Of a stretch of 64,000 nt of DNA, positions 40,501-49,000 are shown in pieces. How positions within the stretch are numbered: position 1 is the stretch's first letter; the number at the start of each line of letters is the position of its first letter. The notes beneath the pieces were generated by a model. It saw only the letters and a list, made by a program, of their open reading frames with translations. It did no database searches and was not told the DNA's origin. This DNA comes from Candidatus Hydrogenedentota bacterium (lineage in GTDB: Bacteria > Hydrogenedentota > Hydrogenedentia > Hydrogenedentales > SLHB01), in NCBI GenBank assembly GCA_963668025.2, contig CAXXTH010000017.1:960001-1024000 (forward strand), in the 5' to 3' direction. A program made the position numbers and the translations under genes.

Positions 40501-40693
40501 CATGAGCCGCACCGGCGAACGGCTGCCGATGATCATGGATGATCCCTTCGTGAATTACGATGGAGGGCGCCTGGCGAACGCGCTGCGCGTCCTTATCCGT
40601 ATCGCGAGGGACGGACAGATCCTGTTGTTTACCTGCCATGAAAACATGGCGAGGCTCGCCCGAGAATCGGGTGCGGCTGTGCTCGAGTTATAA
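37526..40693 (+). CDS. YhaN/SbcC-like coiled-coil ATPase with central TM hairpin
   Basis: GPNEQGKST Walker A, long coiled coil, LSKGTVDQIYLALRL, MDDPFVNYD, FTCH. Confidence 0.9.
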   Translation: MRIRTLWLDAYGCFLGRELPLEDGLQVIYGPNEQGKSTVRSFVGDMLFGQKRSTNQRLYDDHHELRRPWMNPESYGGRMRYVLDNGHEYDIQRIFDRNNESVQVFNRSLGRDVTGDYARQRNREPGFADEQLGVTKAVFLNTVTITHVTLEQLGNDEAMTQLREKLLSLADTAEESHSSESAISYIDARIKAIGNQQARTRPLPAARARLAELDTEHALATGVRQELEDLERRRQDIRAAMARQQQQHAAIEAERAAIERSQREQLLASAERLQEEIDLITHRCFSLSNVRDFPIEREPELQRALNVLNTARTQLRRTEMARKDVEEQLSDERHRLGELADQRVVDVSDECEQRLADLETAITRLTERLEQYDAERAAAEGRLEAAHAELARLPDFAQLAPDPVEWLGRLAAEFQQRRQASEHEQEKWEQLTAAIARLEQRQEGLDAIFAVFEDFNAEADEYKLAVRLYEEKTKELETETEKAQAQIIERDAAAPLARRWAIVSAAGAGLLAGAAYYFEEPSVFISVAFLGLVAGCFVVRLALALQGARQGRARLLNAETQRALLEKETAQKRERIEHALQVSGLGALRELEALHERFSSGQEALASYRAELETQEARVREEEASLAQHFSNLCEAFAGIGVHLEDAGGVQEAVNAGIARYQEYRDALRRVQENKDTPALLQSQSAQARTELDAAKAEERERALEVREIMRSQGFRDEARHTSALRAVRAYRTRCHQVREKQGRMHVLEENLAAYKRQLENERRDMEQQQAALERFLRSVGAESPEHWRELASQAREYREARERRTNLRDKLEALLRGETLEGLRVSLDGGGPHENVVLSGRSPEELDAAFQHTAAELDALAKEDHALHLRIAQRAAGVRPLNDIEEERANVAARAEILAEELQAAAYAAAIIEEVANDRHARIAPRLAASASAYLAEITGDIYDELLIGRDLRVSVRVPQTKELKEYPEMRLSKGTVDQIYLALRLALVEGMSRTGERLPMIMDDPFVNYDGGRLANALRVLIRIARDGQILLFTCHENMARLARESGAAVLEL

Positions 40694-40714
40694 TTCAGCC
40701 GGAGGAGCGAATCG

Positions 40715-41650
40715 ATGATGGGCGTCTCGGTGGTGATTCCGGTGTATAATAGTGAAGGCTCGCTTGGACCGCTGGCCGAACGGCTCGAACCGGTGCTGGA
40801 ATCCCTCGGCGGGCCGTACGAGCTGATCCTGGTGAACGACGGCAGCGCGGATGCGAGCTGGCAAGCCATCCAGCAATTGGCGCGGCGCTATGCGTGGGTG
40901 CGCGGCGTCAATTTGATGCGCAATTATGGGCAGCATAACGCCCTCCTATGCGGGATCCGCCTGGCGCGGCACCCGATTACCGCCACGATGGATGATGATC
41001 TGCAGAATCCCCCCGAAGAATTGCCCAAGCTATTGTCCAAATTGGCGGATGGATGGGATGTCGTATATGGCGCGCCCGCGCAAGAGCAGCATGGCTTGTG
41101 GCGGGACATTGCGTCGAAAGTGACGAAAATCGCCCTCCAGGCCGCCATGGGCGTCGAGGCCGCCCGGAGTGTGAGCGCTTACCGGGTTTTCCGAACCGAT
41201 GTGCGGGAAGCGTTCGCCAATTACCATGGCGCATATGTCTGCATAGACGTATTGCTGACCTGGGCGGCGAGGCGGTTTGCCGCCGTGCAAGTCGAACATG
41301 CCCCCCGCACGATCGGCGCATCGAATTACACTTTCCGCAAACTGCTGACCCACGCCATGAATATGCTGACGGGATTCAGCGTGCTGCCTTTGCAGGCCGC
41401 CAGCTTAGTGGGATTTGTGTTTACGTTGTTTGGGATGGCGGTGCTGTTTTTTGTACTGGGGCGCTTCATGATAGCGGGCCAGGTCGTCCCTGGCTTTGTA
41501 TTTTTGGCGAGCATCGTGGCGATTTTTTCCGGGGCACAGCTTTTCGCGTTAGGCGTGATCGGCGAATATCTTGCGCGCATCCATTTCCGAAGCATGGATA
41601 AGCCTCCGTATGCCGTGCGGGAAGCATGCGGCGGAAAGGATGAAACCTGA
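40715..41650 (+). CDS. GT2 polyprenol-phosphate glycosyltransferase (ArnC/GtrB-like)
   Basis: VVIPVYN, VNDGSAD, RNYGQHNA, MDDDLQNPPE, two TM helices, GEYLARI. Confidence 0.92.
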   Translation: MMGVSVVIPVYNSEGSLGPLAERLEPVLESLGGPYELILVNDGSADASWQAIQQLARRYAWVRGVNLMRNYGQHNALLCGIRLARHPITATMDDDLQNPPEELPKLLSKLADGWDVVYGAPAQEQHGLWRDIASKVTKIALQAAMGVEAARSVSAYRVFRTDVREAFANYHGAYVCIDVLLTWAARRFAAVQVEHAPRTIGASNYTFRKLLTHAMNMLTGFSVLPLQAASLVGFVFTLFGMAVLFFVLGRFMIAGQVVPGFVFLASIVAIFSGAQLFALGVIGEYLARIHFRSMDKPPYAVREACGGKDET

Positions 41651-42249
41651 TGCTTCGGGCCATGTTGCAAGGCCTTACGCGCATTCCGTCCGTTTATGCC
41701 GCCTCGCAGTATTTTGCGGGTGTCCGGATGGTGCATGCGCGCTTATCCGTCCGGCTGTCCCGGCGGAAGTTGGGAACGGTGCTGGATGTGGGCGGCGGCG
41801 TAGGCCTGGTGCGGCCTTTATGCAGGGAAACACGCGCCTATGTGTGCTTGGAATATGCGCCGCGTATTCTCGCCTCCTTTCATCGTTCATATCCGGCGGA
41901 CGGCGCGGTGCTGGGCGATGCGGCGCGGCTGCCATTCGCCGATGAATCCTTCGATACCGTGTTGTGCGTGATGATGCTCCACCACCTGGATGACTCCGCC
42001 GCCCGGGAATGCTTGGCCCAAAGCGCGCGGGTGTTGAGGCAAAGCGGGCGCTTGCTCATGGTGGAGCCGCTCTGGAATCCATCCCGGCTGCGCGGACGGA
42101 TGCTCTGGCGGCTGGACCGAGGCTCCCACCCCCGGACCATGCAAGAGAACCTCGAGCTGGTTGGGGCTGCTTTTGAGATTGTCTATGCGGAACGGTTTTC
42201 CGCCCATCATGAATATGTTTTGTGCGAGGCGCGTCTTCGCGGACTATAA
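41650..42249 (+). CDS. Class I SAM-dependent methyltransferase
   Basis: VLDVGGGVG, GDAARLPFADESFD, LHHL. Confidence 0.88.
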   Translation: MLRAMLQGLTRIPSVYAASQYFAGVRMVHARLSVRLSRRKLGTVLDVGGGVGLVRPLCRETRAYVCLEYAPRILASFHRSYPADGAVLGDAARLPFADESFDTVLCVMMLHHLDDSAARECLAQSARVLRQSGRLLMVEPLWNPSRLRGRMLWRLDRGSHPRTMQENLELVGAAFEIVYAERFSAHHEYVLCEARLRGL

Positions 42250-42254
42250 TCATT

Positions 42255-42316
42255 GCCGCAACCAAAGCGCTTCGTTTTTTTACCGCGAATGGACGCGAAT
42301 GGACGCGAATATATCC
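42255..42316 (+). repeat. Dispersed repeat: GCCGCAACCAAA motif plus (GGACGCGAAT)n arm
   Basis: 37 nt identical to 48795-48831, followed by 10-nt tandem units. Confidence 0.85.
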
Positions 42317-42749
42317 TTTAGCATGTTTTTGCAGCTCCCGTGGCATGGGCGTCTCGCCCATGCGATAAAAGAGAGGGCGCGTACAACACGTCCCTACGAC
42401 GGCACATAAAAAAAGCACATCCCGTATCTATTTGATATGATTTGAGTTCAATGCAAAATGTTCGTAAAAAACAACATTTGACAGATAGTCGTATGGAATC
42501 AACAGGCCAAATCTGGGGTTATTCTCGTGTGTAACGCTGGCCCGGCATAATGGCACTGAGTACGCATAGGCCGTTCCGCCGAGGTGGTTGGGTTCAGACG
42601 CCAAAGCCCGCAATGAAGTACCGGGTATGTTCTATTTTGGAACACATCCGCCTACCTGAGATGGCCGATTGTTGCCAAATTCATGAAAAATAGGGTACAG
42701 TTCTTCAATGACTTGGTGTTTTTCGAACGCCCGCTAGGAGGCCATTGGT

Positions 42750-45700
42750 TTGTTTAAACTCCATTATTTCCGAATGTTTCTATTCTTTTTCTCCGCCGTT
42801 TTCGTGGGGATAGGTTTCTTCCCATCGGCGCAAGCAGCGCCGCTTACAGAGCAGCGCTGGACAGCGCTTTCCACCAGCGCATCCGCCGGTTCGGGCATTT
42901 CTGTCGAGGTGGAATCCCAGGCAAGCGGACTTCATGTGTCCTGTACGTTGGGTGGCGTGTGGATGCGGGATGTGGAACTGGATAGCGTGGCGTTCACGAA
43001 GCTGGAAGTGCCTGGGGCAGGGGTAACGGGCTTGGATGGCGCACCAGAGCTGCCAGCATGGCGTCGCCTCATCGAAGTGCCGCTCGATGCCACGAATGTG
43101 CGCATCGAGATGGATAGCGCGCTGGCGAAAGCGTCCGCAGCGCCGCTATCGGCCAATCATCCCATTTGCCCGGTGCAGCCGCCTCAGCCGAAGACCGCCA
43201 ATTCAGTTGATGTAAAACCGTTGGTATGGAATAAAAGTTTGTACCAGGAATCAGGCTCGATGCTGCCGGAAGCGGCGGTTGTCGAGGAATACGGCGTGAT
43301 TCGCGGACACCGTTATGTGATGGTGACAGTCTATCCTTTTGACTATAACCCGGCATCTGGCGCATTAACTCCACGAAAGACGCTGGATTTTCAAATACGG
43401 TGGGAGCAATCCAAGAGCGCCGCGACGGGAACGGATGACCGCCTCGATTCGCCAGCCTATGCAGCAATGCTTCACGATAGCGTATTGAATTCTTCTGGCG
43501 CGAAATCAGAGGCATCCAGCGGCGTGGAAGGCTATTTGATCATTGTCGCGGATGCGCTGGCGGAAAATGCCCAGCTACAGACATTCGTGGATTGGAAGCA
43601 GGCGCAGGGATATAAAGTCTCGATTGCAACGGCAACTGAAGCGGGAACAACCAATGAAGGCATCCTCGCCTATATCCGCACCGCGTACACGACATGGGCG
43701 CTGCCGCCCACCTACGTGCTTTTAGTGGGCGATACAGACACGATACCCCATTGGGTTAGCACGCAAATGGACAATCCGGCGACGGATCTGTATTACACGA
43801 TATTGGATGGGACGGAATGGTACACGCCCGATGTCATGCTGGGCCGCTTGCCCGTGGCCACGGAAGAACAGCTCGATGCGGCATTGAAAAAAATCCTCAC
43901 TTTCGAGCAGATGTCGTGGCCGGCGTCTTATGATGGATGGGAACAGCGGGCGGCTTTTCTCGCGGGAAGCGATAACCGGTCCGTTACGGAAGGCACCCAT
44001 AATTATGTCATCAAAACCTATTTGACCCCTGCGGCATTCACGAGTGACATGCTGTATAGCGTCGCCTACGGCGCTACGGCGGCCAGCGTCACGGACGCCA
44101 TTAACGCGGGGCGTTCCATAGTGGCGTATTCAGGCCACGGCGGTTCGGCGCTGTGGGCGGACGGGCCGGCATATACTCAAGCCAACGTGCGTTCCCTCAC
44201 CACTGAAGCGCCCCCCGTGGTGCTCAGTTTCGCTTGCGATACGGCCGAGTATACATCGAGCGAGTGTTTTGCCGAAACGTGGCTGCGCGCGGAGCATGGC
44301 GCCGCCGCGTTCTTCGGCTCGTCGACAACCTCGTACTGGGGTGAGGATGATATCCTCGAGCGAGTAATGTTCGAAGGGCTTTTCGCGGAAAATAGCGCCA
44401 CGGTAGGCGCTATGATCGCGTACGGCAAAACAAAGCTGTACCAGCATTATTCCTCTTCTACAGCTATGATGCACCGGTATTTTGACATGTACAACACCTT
44501 TGGCGATCCTTCGATGGCACTCTTCACCAGTGCGGTGGAAGAGCTCGATGTTTCCCATCAGGCCTCGTTATCGCCAGTGGCGGCATATTTGAATGTAAAT
44601 ATTGCCCAAGATGGCGCTCGAGCGGCGCTATCCAGCGAAGACGGCGTGATTGGCGTGGGGATCAGCGCAAGCGGCGTTGCCCAAATACCCATTGCGGAAC
44701 CCATTTCCGCCACGGAGCTTCAACTCGTTGTCACGGCCCAAAATCACCGCCCCTATATCGCTTCCATTATTGTGGCTCCTGAGATCGATGGCGTGTTATC
44801 CCTCGATGAAACGGCATATACGTGTACGGACACCATCCAGTTCACCTTGATCGACGCGGATCTCGCGGGCGCTCAAAGCAACGAGATCACCGTATCTTGC
44901 GGCGCCGATACGGAGACCGTTGTGCTGGAGGAGGGAGATCGCCAGGGAATACTGCGGGGCTCGATTGAGCTCGCATGCAGCGAGGCTGCGGCGGGGGACC
45001 ACGTATTGCAGGTTGCCCACGACGAAACGATCACCGCGCAGTATGAAGACTTGAACACGAGCACTGGCGTGCTGGAGGCCAGGACTGCTTCCGCACTAGT
45101 AGACACCCAAAGCCCCGTCATCTCCAATGTGGCGTTTGTGGAGGGCACCTCCACTACGGCCGTGATCACGTTTGAAACAAACGAGTCCGCCCAGCCCTCC
45201 GCGATGTATGGGCCTTCCTATGGAGAGCCGTATCCGTCTTCCCAATCATCCGCGGTGAAAGGCGTCCAGCATACGCTCTATTTATCGGATTTAGAGCCTA
45301 GCAGCCTTTACTTTTTCCAGGTCTCGGCGGTGGATGGATGCGGCAACAAAGCCGTGAGTGAAGAAGTGCTGCATTTTAACACCCTGGCGCGCATGGAGCA
45401 TTTCACCCAATGTTTTGATACGGAACTCAATGATTTGACCAACCATACCATCACTTTCGTGCCTGACGGGTCGGATAATTACTATGCGGCGTCCATTACC
45501 GCCGCTTCGGTGTTTCCCACCCCGATCAACGGCAGCAATCCATTAAGCCTGAAGGATGACAGTTCCTATTACATTGCCCTATCGGGCAGCCAGTTCCCGT
45601 TTTATGGGGTCAATTACAGTGGGTATTACGTCGGAAGCAACGGCTACATCACCTTTGGCAAAAGCGATGTGACCATGCTCGAGGATATCGATACCCATTT

Positions 45701-46742
45701 CGCCTTGCCCCGGATTTCGGCGATGTTCAATGACCTTGATCCGGAAAGCGGCGGCGCCATCGCCTGGATGCAATACACAGATAGGGCGGTCGTCACATTT
45801 TTAAACATACTTAAATACGGCTCAAACGCAACGAATAGCTTCCAAATCGAGATGTTCTTTACGGGCGTGATTCGCATCACGTGGCTCAATGTAGAATCTT
45901 CGGATGGCTTGGCCGGGCTTTCTGATGGCCTCGGCATGCCTGCGGATTTCACCGAAACGGATCTGACTGCGTTATCGGACATCATTCCGTCGGTAACATC
46001 GAGCCGCTGCATGGGGCCGCCATCCGGTAAAGCCGCGAGCATCGAGTTTTTAGTCACGTTCAGCAAGCCCGTGCTGGGCGTGGATATCCCTGATTTCCGT
46101 GTGACTACCACCGGGGTGGATGGCGCCGGGGTGGAGAATGTAACGCCGTTGAGTGATTCCATTTACCTTGTCGAAACGGCCACAGGCGTGGGCGAGGGCA
46201 CCATCCGCTTGGATGTGGTTGATGATGACACCATTACCGATACGCTGGATGTGCCATTGGGCGGCGGCGGCAAAGGCAATGGAGATTTTACGGATGGCGA
46301 TGTGTATACGCTGGATAACGTCGGGCCAAGCGTAGTATCGGCCCGCGTCGCCGCTCCTAACGCCCTCTATGTGGAGTTCTCCGAGGCCATGGATGCCGCC
46401 AGCGCGCTTGATCCGGCCTGTTACTCTATTTCCGGCACGGGCCAAGGCACTCTCGCGGAAACGCCTGATGAGGTGGTTTGGGTGGAAGGCAACATCTATA
46501 TGCTCCTCTGGACGCAAGGCGGGATGGTTTCTGGCGGCGATATCACCGTTACGGTCAATGGGGCGGAAGATGCGGCGGGCAATTCCGTGGGCGAAAGCAA
46601 CACGTCCACGCTCGAGAATCTGGATGCCTCCCTGCCGATGACATGGGCCACGGAATTCCTTGTGTTGCTGGCCATGGCGGCAGGCATGTGTTATCTCGGG
46701 CGCATGCGGCGGGCAGGACGTTGTTACCGCCACGGCAAGTGA
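42750..46742 (+). CDS. Gingipain-like peptidase C25 multidomain surface protein
   Basis: Signal peptide, propeptide (GAPELP), YVLLVGD, TDLYY, GRLP, YSGHG (His), FACDT (Cys), FGDP, FN3/Ig/NIDO-like domains, C-terminal TM with basic tail. Confidence 0.88.
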   Translation: MFKLHYFRMFLFFFSAVFVGIGFFPSAQAAPLTEQRWTALSTSASAGSGISVEVESQASGLHVSCTLGGVWMRDVELDSVAFTKLEVPGAGVTGLDGAPELPAWRRLIEVPLDATNVRIEMDSALAKASAAPLSANHPICPVQPPQPKTANSVDVKPLVWNKSLYQESGSMLPEAAVVEEYGVIRGHRYVMVTVYPFDYNPASGALTPRKTLDFQIRWEQSKSAATGTDDRLDSPAYAAMLHDSVLNSSGAKSEASSGVEGYLIIVADALAENAQLQTFVDWKQAQGYKVSIATATEAGTTNEGILAYIRTAYTTWALPPTYVLLVGDTDTIPHWVSTQMDNPATDLYYTILDGTEWYTPDVMLGRLPVATEEQLDAALKKILTFEQMSWPASYDGWEQRAAFLAGSDNRSVTEGTHNYVIKTYLTPAAFTSDMLYSVAYGATAASVTDAINAGRSIVAYSGHGGSALWADGPAYTQANVRSLTTEAPPVVLSFACDTAEYTSSECFAETWLRAEHGAAAFFGSSTTSYWGEDDILERVMFEGLFAENSATVGAMIAYGKTKLYQHYSSSTAMMHRYFDMYNTFGDPSMALFTSAVEELDVSHQASLSPVAAYLNVNIAQDGARAALSSEDGVIGVGISASGVAQIPIAEPISATELQLVVTAQNHRPYIASIIVAPEIDGVLSLDETAYTCTDTIQFTLIDADLAGAQSNEITVSCGADTETVVLEEGDRQGILRGSIELACSEAAAGDHVLQVAHDETITAQYEDLNTSTGVLEARTASALVDTQSPVISNVAFVEGTSTTAVITFETNESAQPSAMYGPSYGEPYPSSQSSAVKGVQHTLYLSDLEPSSLYFFQVSAVDGCGNKAVSEEVLHFNTLARMEHFTQCFDTELNDLTNHTITFVPDGSDNYYAASITAASVFPTPINGSNPLSLKDDSSYYIALSGSQFPFYGVNYSGYYVGSNGYITFGKSDVTMLEDIDTHFALPRISAMFNDLDPESGGAIAWMQYTDRAVVTFLNILKYGSNATNSFQIEMFFTGVIRITWLNVESSDGLAGLSDGLGMPADFTETDLTALSDIIPSVTSSRCMGPPSGKAASIEFLVTFSKPVLGVDIPDFRVTTTGVDGAGVENVTPLSDSIYLVETATGVGEGTIRLDVVDDDTITDTLDVPLGGGGKGNGDFTDGDVYTLDNVGPSVVSARVAAPNALYVEFSEAMDAASALDPACYSISGTGQGTLAETPDEVVWVEGNIYMLLWTQGGMVSGGDITVTVNGAEDAAGNSVGESNTSTLENLDASLPMTWATEFLVLLAMAAGMCYLGRMRRAGRCYRHGK

Positions 46743-46834
46743 CGCCCGGGATAGGCGAATCTCGTGTAACACGGTAGCTCCACCGCGCAAAGCGGCTTGC
46801 CGCCGCATTGGGCTTCATAGGAGGGGATACCGCC

Positions 46835-47209
46835 ATGAACCGCTTTGGGGTCAGCGCGGCAAAAGAAGAGGAGCTGGCCCAGCGCATGGCGGCTTGCGGG
46901 CTTATCGAGGCTGAACTCGAAGAATCCTTTGTCCGTTCGGGCGGGCCTGGTGGCCAAAAGGTCAACCGTTCCGCCACCTGCGTCCATTTGCGCCATATCC
47001 CCACGGGATTGGACGTAAAAATGCAGGAAGCCCGCTCGCAAGCCTTGAACCGGTTTTACGCGCGCAGGCGCTTATGCGAACTCCTGGAGGAGCGCCTGCT
47101 GGGCCATGCCAGCCCGGAGGCCGTGCGCCGTGATAAACTCCGCAAACAAAAAGCACGCCGCTCCCGCCGCTCCGCCCATAAAGCGCCCCAGGATTCCGAG
47201 CCCGCGTGA
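46835..47209 (+). CDS. arfB: Ribosome-rescue peptidyl-tRNA hydrolase (RF-1 domain, ArfB/C12orf65-like)
   Basis: FVRSGGPGGQKVN, RSQALNR, basic C-terminal tail. Confidence 0.8.
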   Translation: MNRFGVSAAKEEELAQRMAACGLIEAELEESFVRSGGPGGQKVNRSATCVHLRHIPTGLDVKMQEARSQALNRFYARRRLCELLEERLLGHASPEAVRRDKLRKQKARRSRRSAHKAPQDSEPA

Positions 47210-47216
47210 CGGCGCT

Positions 47217-47363
47217 CTATTCCTCGCCTCCGCCGAAAATAGTCGATATGAGATCGATGAGCGATGTGATCGGCTTCACCACCGAACTATACACGACCAT
47301 TCCGGCGCTCAATAAGGAAAGAGGGAGAGCCAGCAGCAAACTAAACACAAACAAAAAATCCAT
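47217..47363 (-). CDS. Small hydrophobic membrane protein (48 aa)
   Basis: MDFLFVFSLLLALPLSLLSAGMVVYSSVVKPITSLIDLISTIFGGGEE, with AAAGGAG 9 nt upstream. Confidence 0.6.
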   Translation of the reverse strand: MDFLFVFSLLLALPLSLLSAGMVVYSSVVKPITSLIDLISTIFGGGEE

Positions 47364-47625
47364 ATCACGCTACTCCTTTATAATAGGCCAGCAGAACTCG
47401 GACGGCCACCAGCCGGAAGTATAGCTTAAATGGCCTGCGCGATTCTCCCCGATTTCTGGGTATGGGTGTGCCCACCATAAGAGTATTGATGTGTTTTGCA
47501 GGGAAAACCGCCTTTCTTTTGTATATGAACATATACACCGTGCGCCTTCCCCGATAAAAAGGTTCGTATCGCCTGTTGAACGCTTCAAGATTGCCTGCTG
47601 TTTCTTTCATTATCCGCACGTCCCC

Positions 47626-47855
47626 TTAGCCCGCTTGAGCGGGCTCTCCTTAGCACCTGGCTTCAGCCAGGGTGGATCGTCGTGAAGCGCCTGAAGAAGC
47701 ACGCTTTAGCGTGGCTTCTCGACCCGCTTCAGCAGGCCTCTTTTCGCTTAAGCTCCCCGTGAAGCCGCGCTGAAGCGCGCTCTTGATTGTTGGTCCGAAC
47801 TCTCCACCCTGGCTGAAGCCAGGTGCTAAGGGGGAGCCTGCTCAAAGCAGGCTGA
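47626..47855. repeat. Long compound REP-like inverted repeat
   Basis: CCTTAGCACCTGGCTTCAGCCAGGGTGGA ... TCCACCCTGGCTGAAGCCAGGTGCTAAGG, with AGCCCGCTTGAGCGGGCT-type sub-hairpins. Confidence 0.8.
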
Positions 47856-48201
47856 TCGGAAAACGCAAGACATTCCAAGCACACCGAAACCGGGATGGCG
47901 CACATTTGGATTGGAGCCGCTCACAACGAAAACCTCACCCTATTTCAAAGCGCTCCTTCTTTTATGGCGCACACCCTCTGGGTGTCCGGCGGCCAGGTTA
48001 AATTCCTACAGGGATAAACGAAGCCCTGGTTTTTTTCTTGCCCATTTCTTTCCCCCGCCTTTCCCCAAGGCCATCGGGCGAATACGAAACAAGATAACGT
48101 AATGAAAGCGCCAGGACAGAGCAGCTCCGCCTAGATTCGCCTACCATCCCGTGCGTGCGGCCCGATGCAGGGACGCAAAACGCATATATAGGAGGCGAAT
48201 C

Positions 48202-48573
48202 ATGGAAGAGTGGGATAAAGTGAACCGGCATGAAGTGATATTGAGTCCAGAGGCGCTCAAGCACTTTGATATTACTGCGTCCGCATGGCACGAGACGCCC
48301 GAGGAAATCGAGGCGGGTTTGGCATGGGGGCGGGAAAAGGCCATCTTGCTGCGCTGGGTGCGCCGCCAAATCAAACGGCGGCTGACGGCGTGTGAACAGC
48401 GCTGCATGGAACTCTATTTCTTTGAAAACATGACCTATCGGGAAGTGGCGGCGCAGTCGAACCGGAATGTGACTTCCGCATACCGGGCGGTCCAGCGCTC
48501 CCTGCGCAAACTGCGCGCCGCCCTCCAAGAAGGAGATGCGCCCCGGCTCCGGCGCAACCGGCGTGCGCCATAA
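48202..48573 (+). CDS. Stand-alone sigma70 region 4-like HTH protein
   Basis: LTACEQRCMELYFFENMTYREVAAQ...RAVQRSLRKLR; AGGAGG RBS. Confidence 0.75.
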   Translation: MEEWDKVNRHEVILSPEALKHFDITASAWHETPEEIEAGLAWGREKAILLRWVRRQIKRRLTACEQRCMELYFFENMTYREVAAQSNRNVTSAYRAVQRSLRKLRAALQEGDAPRLRRNRRAP

Positions 48574-48599
48574 TGGATCCCGAATCGCCGGATAAGAGG

Positions 48600-48761
48600 T
48601 CCGGATTTTTCACCACGAAGATACGAAGGACACGAAGTTTTTCTTTAAATGCTGTTCACAATACCATGGGCTGAATACCGTTTCGAGAGGCAGCCATTGG
48701 TTATGATCATACCGTTTTCTGCTTCGTGCTCTTCGTGCTCTTCGTGGTGAAGTTATCCGGA
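48600..48761. repeat. Inverted array of 9-nt tandem units (CACGAAGAG type)
   Basis: TCCGGATTTTTCACCACGAAGATACGAAGGACACGAAG ... CTTCGTGCTCTTCGTGCTCTTCGTGGTGAAGTTATCCGGA. Confidence 0.85.
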
Positions 48762-49000
48762 AATTCAGACCACATATATACACAGCGCAGCAGAGCCGCA
48801 ACCAAAGCGCTTCGTTTTTTTACCGCGAATGAACCTAATATATCCTCTGACGTGGGCTTTGCCCACAACTTAATATTTGCCGCGGTTTTATCAGTTCCGT
48901 CAACAAGGCTAAGTTATTGATTTTAGGAAAATCACATTCTGCAGGCACTATTGGCGCCGCAAGTTCTTCATGTTCTTTGCAGCTTCGAGGTTTTAAGGTA

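Noticed and set aside
42560-42680. c-di-GMP-I riboswitch-like fragments (GACGCCAAAGCC...GTTGCC)
   Set aside because: Lacks the GGCAAAC/GNRA P2 architecture and the spacing is inconsistent.
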